From Vicugna vicugna (Eukaryota), in contig MU058520.1 in NCBI GenBank assembly GCA_013265495.1, positions 3,220-37,352 on the forward strand: a DNA stretch of 34,133 bases. The letters are read 5' to 3'. A program made the translations under genes and the position numbers. The notes below the pieces were generated by a model. It saw only the letters and a list, made by a program, of their open reading frames with translations, had not been told where the DNA came from and searched no databases. Shown here one piece after another: positions 23,186 through 32,029 of this stretch (positions are counted from its first letter, which is position 1; each line of letters begins with the position of its first letter).

Positions 23186-24793
23186 TATTTTGAAAGGAAG
23201 CTCCAGATGGATTAAAGATGAGATATACTAAATGAAGCCCTTTTAGTAACTGTGCATAATCTCGGGGTAGGCACTGTTGTTCTAAGTGTGAAACCAGAAC
23301 CAAAGGAAGATGCTTAACTCTTCCTGTGGCAAAATAAAACCAAACAAAACCAAAAAACAAAGACCAGAAAAGACAGCTCAAAAGACAAACCACAACCTGA
23401 AAAAGCATTCCTCTTGACGCAAGGTCAGAGAAAGGTGTCACACCCATGTGGTCTAAACACCTCTCGAAACCCAGTGTTCTGAAAAGACACAGAACACACA
23501 CAGGCAGTTCCAACAAGAAGCAGTGCAGGTGGCCAGTGTGTGTTAGAGGTGCTTGGCCTCTCGGGTGAGGACACAGGCAGACAGACACACTGTGGGTCTT
23601 TAGCCTGGTGACAACCAGCCCTGGTGACAACGTGAAGAGGCAGAGGCCCCAGCAGATCCCCTGGAGGGAAGAGCGAAAAGACACTCCTCTCTGGGGGAAC
23701 AGTGAGCAGGACACTTCAAAGGGCCACAGGTGCATCCCTTCCCCAGCAGTGCTGGTCCTTAGAGCTGATCCCACCAAAGTGCTTGCACAGCTTTCAAAGA
23801 TGTGTTTTCTTCAGTAACATGAATTCAAAATAATATGTCATCAAGGCATTTTCAGAAGTGCCTGCCCTGGGCCCTAAAAATACACACATAAAAATACATA
23901 CATATACACATAATCGTATGCACATACGCATACAGGAAAGAGACAGGCTGAAACACAGAGGCAGAGGGAGAGAGAGACACAGAGAGAGGCACTGAGAGAC
24001 AGAGAGAGAAGGAACACTGGAGCTGGGAATGAGTGGAACTGACGCACATTGTCTCAAGTCAGTCTACATGTCAGAACCCGGTCCCAGTGTCCATCCACCC
24101 TGCAGGGGAGAGTGTGGGGATCACACAAGGACGTGTGACCAGAGGGCAAAAAAGCAGGGAGCCACTGTGGGGCAGCCCACTCCAGAGGCCGAGATGGGGC
24201 ACTGGGCATGAATCTGACATGACAGAATGACCTTGGAGGTCGCATGCCGGAACGGACGATGTCAGAGTTGTGCTTAATTTCAACCTGCCAACAGGGAGCT
24301 GGGAAGCAGGCGGCAAGGAGGGTGACTCTCCCCAGAGCCCAGGGCAGACCCCGGCCTGTGTGGGGTATGCCCTGCTCCCCACCAGCCCTCTGTGGGGCCC
24401 TTCCTTTGCTAAGTCTGTGCATGAGCTCCCTGTGATGCCAGCCCGCAGAGGTGACAGGTGCAGTAGGTGTTAGTGGTTCTAGAGACAGGATGGCTTTCCT
24501 AGGAAGCAGGGTCCAGAATGATCCCCACTGGGCCGATGGGGGATTGGGGAGACCCTGAGAGGCAGGTGGCTTGTCCAGGGTGACAGCACTGCTGGTGGGG
24601 GAGCCAGGTCTGAACCCAGCTGTGTCCTCAGAGCTGTGGCCCTGGCTGCATCCAGGCCTCCCCAGGGCTATAGGAGGGGCCGAGTTGGTGTCACTGTGTG
24701 GACATGGCATGGGGTGGGAAGTGAGCCATCAGCTGCCCAGAGAGGCCCTTGGGGAGCTTTGTGTAAGGAGGAAGCTTGGGGAAGGGGACCCCA

Positions 24794-24819
24794 GGAAGTG
24801 ACCTCACTTCCCTGGCAAC
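24794..24819 (+). promoter_or_regulatory. Palindrome GGAAGTGA-cc-TCACTTCC containing CRE-like TGACCTCA, overlapped by an RFX X-box-like CTTCCCTGGCAAC
   Basis: Motifs read directly, ~100-125 nt upstream of the ATG at 24920. Function is inferred only. Confidence 0.4.
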
Positions 24820-24919
24820 AGAGCCCAACAGAACTTGGAACCCAGGTCACCAGGCACCTGCTCTGTAGAGAAGAACCCTTCTCAACTGACTTGGCTGGTG
24901 AACTCAGCTCAGCTCAGAC

Positions 24920-27302
24920 ATGTTTTGTTGTGTCCCAAGATCCCGAGGTCGCGGCCCACGGAAATCCCGCAGCAACGGCCTTTGCCAACAGTGCCGACAG
25001 TGGGTCGGGTCTCACCCCAGGCGCCTCTGGCCTTTTGGCCAGACGGACCGAAAGGTAACACAGGGAGGCCCAGGGCAGGCCCGCACAGATCCCACCCGGG
25101 TGACCAAACGGCCCCTTCCTGACTGGTGGAGGGGGGGCAGTCATGTTGGGGGGGGGTCCTGCCTCAAGCAAGAGCAGGCTGAGGAAGGGTCAGAGGCCTG
25201 GGGGGCTGATCACGTTCACAACCTCGGTCCAAGCAGGCTGGCTGGGATGTGGAGAACCGGGGCAGGGCCCTGCTGCCCGAGGTGGCGCCCATGCCCTCTG
25301 GGTGTGTCTCTTGCCTCCCGGGTGACTGAGATGACCAAGGTGCCAGTCTGATCTGGCAGCAGAGGGTCGAGTGGGGCAGAAGCAGGAGTGGTCCTGGCCG
25401 GGCAGGGCTCTGAGACCTCCGGGCCGGGCCGGCTGACAGAGCCAGACACCGCAGGATCCGGGGAACCAGGACACTCATGCCACCTCCCCAAGTGAGGGGC
25501 TGGTGTGCCACACTGTGGAAAGCCAGCACAGGCTCCAGAAGAGTCTGGGTAAGAAGGGCTCCCCACCACCACGGCCTACTGCCCAGACACCACCCAGGTC
25601 TCTCCCCAGGATCTTGCCCAGGGCTGAGGGGCAGCTCAGCACCCCCGGCTCTGACCTGGAGCACCATGCCCACCTCCCAGGGATTCAGGAAGAGGACCAG
25701 GAGCCCCCCGAAGCAGAGCCCAAAGGTGAGAAGGGCGGGGCTGGTGGGGGTGTGTAGGTGAGGGAGGGCGGAGAGCTGGGCCACCCCAAAGGCGCTGTTG
25801 GGACCAGAGCAAAGACTGGCCTCAAACCACCTGTCTGGAAGAATTCAGTCACAGAACACATCCTATGGGCACTTGCTCGGTGGGAGCTGTCTGCAAAGCT
25901 CTGGGAAGGTTTCTGTCCTTGAAAAGGCACATAGAAAGGGAGGCATGTGGGTATCATTTTCCTTTCTCAAACCTGAGCACAACCACTAGAATTAAAGCTC
26001 TCTCCACGTCCAACAGTTACAGGCCCAGAGCAGGCAGAGGCAGGGGAAGACAGCACAGAACAAAAACAGGACCACCAGGATCCAGCAGGAGACCACAAGC
26101 TCCCTCCTGCTGCTCCTGCTGAGCCTGAAGATCCTGCAGCTCCTGCTGATCTAGTCGCTCCTGAAGGGCTTGCCGCTTCTGAAGAGCCTGCTGATCTTTC
26201 CGCTCTTGAAGAGCCTGCTGCTCTTGCTGATGTAGCCACTCCTGAAGAGCCTGCTGCTCCTGCTGATCTTGCCACTCCTGAAGAGCCTGCCGCTCCTGAA
26301 GAGCCTGCTGGTCCTGCTGATCTAGCCGCTCCTGAAGAGCCTGCTGGTCCTGCTGATCTTGCCACTCTTGAAGAGCCTGCTGCTCCTGAACATCCTGCCG
26401 CTCCTGAACAGCTTGCTGCTCATGAAGAGCCTGCCACTCCTGAAGAGCCTGCCGCTCCTGAAGAGCCTGCTGCTCCTGAAGTGCCTGCCGCTCCTGAAGA
26501 GCCTGCTGCTCCTGCTGATCTAGCCGCTCCTGAAGAGCCTGCCGCTCCTGAACAGCCTGCCACTCCTGAAGAGCCTGCTGGTCCTCCTGATCTAGCCGCT
26601 TCTGAAGAGCCTGCTGGTCCTCCTGATCTAGCCGATCCTGAAGAGCCTGCCGCTCTTGCTGATCTAGCCACTCCTGAACAGCCTGCCGCTCCTGAAGAAC
26701 TCCTGCTGACCGCTCCTGAAGAGCCTGCCGCTCCTGAACAGCCTGCCACTCCTGAAGAGCCTGCTGGTCCTCCTGATCTAGCCGCTTCTGAAGAGCCTGC
26801 TGGTCCTCCTGATCTAGCCGATCCTGAAGAGCCTGCCGCTCTTGCTGATCTAGCCACTCCTGAACAGCCTGCCGCTCCTGAAGAGCCTGCTGGTCCTGCT
26901 GATCTTGCCACTCCTGATGAGCCTGCCGCTCCTGAACAGCCCGCTACTCCTGCTGAATTAGCCGCTCCTGATGAGCCTGCTGCTCCTGAACAGCCTGCCG
27001 CTCCCGTTGATCTAGCCGCTCCTGAAGAGCCGGCCGCTCCTGAAGAGCCTGCTGATTTTGCCACTCCTGAGAAGCCTGCTGCACCTGCTGATCTAGCTGA
27101 TCCTGAAGAGCCTGCCACTCCAGATGATCTTGCCGCTCCTGAAGAGCCTGCCGCTCCTGCACCTGCACCTGCACCTGCACCTGCACCGCTGGGCATTGGA
27201 GAAGCAGTTCTGGCATCATCACCCCCTAGGGCTCCCCCTCCTCCACCCCCTACCTCCTACACCTTCTCCAAAATACCACCACGAATCCCCTCCCCCACCT
27301 GA
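24920..27302 (+). CDS. Candidate 3-exon lineage-specific gene, 568 aa: Cys/basic N-terminus plus a Pro/Ala/Glu tandem-repeat protein (exons 24920-25054, 25440-25725, 26017-27302)
   Basis: Exon 1 MFCCVPRSRGRGPRK...HPRRLWPFGQTDRK|gtaac (phase 0). Exon 2 acag|AGC...CCCAAAG|gtgaga (phase 0 to 1; the frame opens right after an in-frame TGA; weak pyrimidine tract). Exon 3 ctctccacgtccaacag|TT... (phase 1) is open to TGA at 27300-27302. Total 1707 nt; AATAAA at 27413. Confidence 0.62.
26109..27187 (+). repeat. Coding minisatellite: 18-bp units (GCCGCTCCTGAAGAGCCT / GCTGCTCCTGCTGATCTA variants), roughly 55-60 copies, ending in (CCTGCA)n
   Basis: Read directly; translates without stops as (AAPEEP/AAPADL)n then PAPAPAPAP. 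Confidence 0.97.
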
Positions 27303-27412
27303 AGTTGACTTCACTACCCCTGAAGTTCTTTTTGTTTTGTTTTTCTTTACTTTACTTTGTTTGTTTCACCCCATGGTTGGCATCCTTTATTTTTCCGCTT
27401 CCTATTTCCTTT

Positions 27413-27418
27413 AATAAA
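27413..27418 (+). terminator. Polyadenylation signal AATAAA of the candidate gene
   Basis: 110 nt after the stop codon, with a T-rich stretch downstream. Confidence 0.55.
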
Positions 27419-27430
27419 TTACAGATTTTT

Positions 27431-27727
27431 TCCCTTTTAAATTGTGCAACTCAGGAAAATTAAGTGCATTCACATGCTGTGCGACCATCACTACCATGTA
27501 GTTTTACGCTATTTCTTTCCTCATAATAATACCCTGGATCCAAAGTGCACACTCCCTTCCTTCCCCAGCCCCTGACAACCCCGAGTCCTCTTCCTGTCTA
27601 GGGGTCTTTACCTCTCATGGGTGTTCCCCATGAGTGAAACCATAGGAAAGGTGGCGTTTTGTGCCTGCCCACATGGTTTAAGTGGGGGCTGGTGAATTCT
27701 TTTGTTTTCACTTAAAATAGCATTTTC
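27431..27727 (-). repeat. Antisense old L1M 3' fragment plus flank; paralog of 22881-23185
   Basis: See 22881-23185; offset about 4.55 kb. Confidence 0.7.
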
Positions 27728-29249
27728 CACTTTTCACTTTACCTCCCCCCAGGAACTTCCTAAGAACATACCCCAAACAGGCTTGCACACGCGTCTCTGT
27801 CTTAGGATCTGCTTCTGGGGGAGCTCAGCCTGAGACAATCCCCACAGAGCTGATCACAGCACTCACGTGTTAACGCTGGCTTTTTGACTTCTCTATATAT
27901 TACCTCATCGATGAAGTCACAAGTGATTTTAGGGAAGGAACTACACTTACTGCATCATAGTTTTCCTCACCAACTCCTGACCAGCACAGTTTTATGTAGG
28001 AGGAGGTGTGAGTCAACTTTCAGTTCCAACGTTTTATGTTGCAAGTTTTCACTTCTAACAGCTGGAGTTTAGGAAACGGGACACTCATGAGTTTACTGAA
28101 ATGCATGTAAAGTATGTAAATATCATGCATATAAGGTATGTCACTGGAGTCCAAGCTCTGGTTTGGCTGACATCATTTTTGTACATATCCACCAAAGGGG
28201 GCGTCAGCTGGGAAAAGGCAGCCTACGCTGTCGGGAGTCAATGACTGAACATAAGGTGCAGGCTTATCCTTTTGAAGTGGAAGCTTGAAGGGTATCTGGC
28301 TGTTATTTATAGCAGTTCACAATGTCACTGAGTCAGAGGGACCTCGGGACCATCTGGTGTCTGACCTTCTTCTATCCAGTTGGTAACTTGCAAAGAGGTC
28401 AATATAGTCTTAACATTTCAAGTAAGAATGTGAAAACACCTTGCTAAACCAAGTGAAGAATTGCCATCTCACCTGTAACACTCTGGGCCGTGTTCTCTCG
28501 CTGAAACCATCATGCCTGATGCAGAACCCATGGAGGTGGCAGAGTTCCACAACCCAGGGCTGCGGGTTTTATTGTATTTAGCTTTGTTTTCAGGACTATG
28601 GGCACCTGGTGCCACGCCTGGCACAGACGGATTCTCCAACAGCAACAGCAAAAGCAATGGCCCATGGTGCTCTGCATCTGGTACCACCAGCCAGGACCTG
28701 CTAAGGCCCCTCTTAGAGAAAATCAGCCACAAGGGGAACTCAGAGACCTGGGGTATCAGAGCGGCTGCCCGGGCTAGGCTTGCAGATGGCCTTTCCTGAA
28801 GGGTCCTTCTGCTCAGGGTCTCATGTTGGCTGGTACAGTCCTCCCTTCTTGTCCCTTTTATACACCAGCCTCTGAGTCCTGCCTTAAATGGCGAGCCAAA
28901 GAAAAATGTGGAAATGCCAGGAAAGTAAGTTTATAAATTTGTACATTAACATTTGCAATATTTTGTAACTTAAGGGACCAGATCTATTATCAAGTATATT
29001 TCTTTTTGAAACTTGAAGCCATCTACAGTAACATTAACATATTCATGTGTTAGAGAAACAGGTTACATATTGGAATTGAAATCAATCACTTAAGAGGAAC
29101 AAAGAAAGAAACCAGAATAGTAATAAACACATTTCTTACATTAAACAGACTCTAGCATCAAAGTTAGTAAGAAAAGGCTAACACTTGTTAGAAACATCAC
29201 TGTAACACAGAAGTAACGTCACCTGTGGCGCTAGTATTAGGGAACAGCA

Positions 29250-29700
29250 GGTACTTTATAACTTGGGGATTTCCTAAGCAGGGCTCAAAAAGTAAACTTA
29301 AGGGGAAGAACGGTGGACTTGACTGCAGCAAAATGAGAGATTTCTGTAACGGAGCTGGCAGTCTGCGAGAAGTACCGGTAGCCTCTCAAGTCAAAAGGGA
29401 TAAATACCTAGAACGAATAATGAACTCCTGCAAATCAGGAAAAAGAAAAAGACAGCCCAATAGGACAAATAAAACACAAAAAACAAACAAGTAAAAAAAC
29501 CAAAGCAACAAAACCCCCCAAAACAAAACCAGAACAGGCAACCCACAGAGCAAAACCTGTGGCCTGGGACCAAAAAGCAGATAAAAGGCATCCGATGCCC
29601 CATCTCACAATCAATCAAAACTGATAATAAAAATACCACCAAGATGTCACTTAACATCTACCAGAATGACAAACCTAAGAAGTCAGATAACACCAATTTA
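29250..29700 (+). mobile_element. Highly degenerate L1M ORF2 3' fragment
   Basis: A-rich; gataaatacctagaacgaataatgaactcctgcaaatc, cagcccaatagg and acatctaccagaatgacaaa resemble the L1 ORF2 C-terminal region. Confidence 0.55.
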
Positions 29701-30384
29701 CCTCATGCTCAGGAGGAAGCTGAGACCTGGGGACGTGTCCACACACCCTGCCACCCACACTCACTCCCAGGGCCATACTCAGCTGTACCCTCCATGTCTC
29801 ACAGAGACCTGTAAGAGGACCTGAAAGTCACACTTGCCAGGAAAAGCAAGGGTTTCACGGCATCTTGTGGATGCTACAAACACGATGCTGCATAGTTTCC
29901 ACAAATCTCAGGACCCAAATGCACATCTGGATGGTGGGCTGGGAAGACCTCGATTAAATGCCAAGAAAACCAAGAGTGATGTGGGGTCGGGGTGGAGGGA
30001 TTGGAGACACACCAGAGTAGGCAGGGATGATGCAAGTTAAGACCCTAAAGTGCTGGTGCTCAAATCAAACAGAGGAAAGGGGAAAAAACACCTAACCTGG
30101 AGCCTTCCTTTGTTCTGAAAGTCACCCAAACCATTTCTGACTTATTTGGGAACGCACACAGATCTCAAGTGTATAATAAGCCTGAGTGATTTGAGATTCA
30201 CAGGGCAAGTACTAAGGAAAACAGTCTGAAGTTATTTCTCTTTACAAGCAAGTGGGCGGGTGCTAGTGAGCTGAAGCCAGCAGCCGCTCCACGTGACACA
30301 TCACGCTGGGTACAGATCATGGGCCGCCGAGCGTGGCTGTGAACTGAGTGGCCTTGCACACAGGCTGCTCTGATGATCACTCAC

Positions 30385-30875
30385 CTGCAAGGAAGACTGA
30401 GTAGCCCTTCTCTGCTGGGGAAGCGGCTGCAGTGCTTCCGAACATACAGGCATCCTCTAACAACTCGATCTTCTTACTGAACTGCACTTCCAAAACGGGG
30501 ATAACCTCTGGCATCTTGGCAGATATCAGACGATAAGCTATGTCTGGCTTCCCAATGAACCGCTGGTGGATGCTGACTTCATAAGGTGTGTGAACCTTGA
30601 TGTCATCTACATGTTCTCTTTCAAATCTGTGCATGAGCAAGGAGTCTGAGTCGTGGATTTCCAACCCAGAAACAAGGACGGTGAACTTTCCTGGTTTAAC
30701 CCGAGATTCTGTTCTTTGGGAAATAACAGCAGGAATTCTGATCACTATCCCTTCTTTTCCAAAAGCTTTGGAACTAGCCACGGAGGCGCCCGCGCTGGGT
30801 TTTGTTTCTGATGGCACCTTCCAAAGCCTGGAGCTAAAGGGCCACCAAGAAGGAGATTCCAGCTCTGTCAGCAAC
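30385..30875 (-). CDS. Open 491-nt internal coding exon of a gene I cannot name; no partner exons found in the window
   Basis: Strong acceptor ttcgtttgcttttttag|G and donor CAG|gtgagt. 163 uninterrupted codons of ordinary, non-repetitive composition (LLTELESPSWWPFSSRLW...DDIKVHTPYEVSIHQRFIGKPDIAYRLISAKMPEVIPVLEVQFSKK...). Confidence 0.8.
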
Positions 30876-31187
30876 CTAAAAAAGCAAACGAAACATAGAA
30901 ACTAGTCAATCAGTTGTTATTTATTTTTTTGAAAATTGCTTTGACTTTTATAAAGAATGTTACCATTTTCTAGTTTTCTTTTTCACAAACACTCTTTTCC
31001 ACCGCAGAAAGAGCAGAAATTATCATCCCTGTGCTTTAGAGAAGAAAACTAAGGCCAAGAGCAGTGGGATCTTTTGCCTGTAGATACACAGCTAATCCAA
31101 ACTGCAGACACACAACTGAAACACACAGCTTCTGACTACAATGTTGCTCTTTTCTCTGGCCAAAATAAATCTTGGTCTTAGTCTCTA

Positions 31188-31345
31188 CAGAACTGTCTAA
31201 TAGCACTTTCTGCAGTAATTTGTATTGCCTAATACAGTAATGGGGACATGTGGCTGCTGAGCACCTGAAATGCAGCTGCTGCAATGATGAACTGAGTTTC
31301 AAACTTAATTTTAATGTGGCTAGTGGCTACCATATTGGACAGCAC
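31188..31345. mobile_element. MER3-like hAT-Charlie DNA transposon remnant
   Basis: ctgtctaatagcactttctgc...acatgtggctgctgagcacctgaaatg...atgtggctagtggctaccatattggacagcac. Confidence 0.65.
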
Positions 31346-31379
31346 AACTCTAACCCCTAATAGCATCAAGAAATACTAT

Positions 31380-32010
31380 CTAAAAAGCCAATGAAAGAGG
31401 AAAAAGTAGAAGCAGGAAAGGAAAAGCAAAGGAGTAAAGATCAAAGGGAATAAACAGAAAACAAGAAACAACAAGGTGGAATTGTTTCAACCATATTAGT
31501 CAAACTAAATGTAAGTGGTCTAAATTCTCTAATTAAAAGGCAGATTGTGAGTCTGGGTAAAGAAGCAAGACACAGCTATATCCTGTTCACAAGAAACAAT
31601 GTGAAATACAAAGACACAGATACACTGAAAGGAAGGGAATTGGAGAAAAGATATGCGAAAAGTAAACATTAAGACATGGGGCGTTACTGGGGACAAAGAG
31701 GGACAATGCTTAATAATAACAGGGTCAATCTAAAAGAAAATTTACTGATAGTAAATACGTATGTATCCAATAACAGAACTCCAAAATTCATTAGCAAAAA
31801 CCGGCAAAACTAAAAAAAACACATAATCATCATTGTAGATTTTAACAAATTTCTCTCCATGATTCATACATCAGAAGATAAAATTACAACGAATATAGAA
31901 ATTTTAAACAACCCTATTTAACCAACTCAACCTGACTGATATTTACAGAAAACATCATCCAAATGGTGAATGTACACTCTTTTTAAGTGTATTCAGAACA
32001 CAAACAATAA
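31380..32010 (+). mobile_element. Old L1 ORF2 endonuclease fragment
   Basis: actaaatgtaagtggtctaaattctctaattaaaaggcagattg (TLNVNGLNSPIKR), atcattgtagattttaac (IIVGDFN-like), cctgactgatatttacaga (LTDIYR). Confidence 0.8.
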
Positions 32011-32029
32011 CAACAAAGAGTATTAAAGA

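Noticed and set aside
24920..25054. Naming the plus-strand gene RALGDS or RGL4
   Set aside because: Only the N-terminal exon recalls RalGDS-like copies; no REM or CDC25 RasGEF exons are visible.
25549..25609. Possible 61-nt GT-AG intron inside exon 2 (donor gtaaga, acceptor ctccccag)
   Set aside because: Shorter than typical mammalian introns, and removing it shifts the frame to an early stop. Kept only as an alternative to test.
26109..27150. Regular array as a possible CRISPR-like structure
   Set aside because: Head-to-tail minisatellite with no unique spacers, in mammalian DNA.
25967..27222. Minus-strand Gly/Ser/Ala-rich and Gln-rich ORFs
   Set aside because: Antisense shadows of the 18-bp repeat. 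They are broken by stops and lack splice or poly(A) support, whereas the plus frame is continuous.
28188..28206. CTCF-like ccaccaaagggggcgtc
   Set aside because: Spacing is one base off the core consensus, leaving several mismatches.
28473..28700. Splice-like signals on both strands with short ORFs
   Set aside because: No recognisable peptide in any frame and no consistent acceptor-donor pair.
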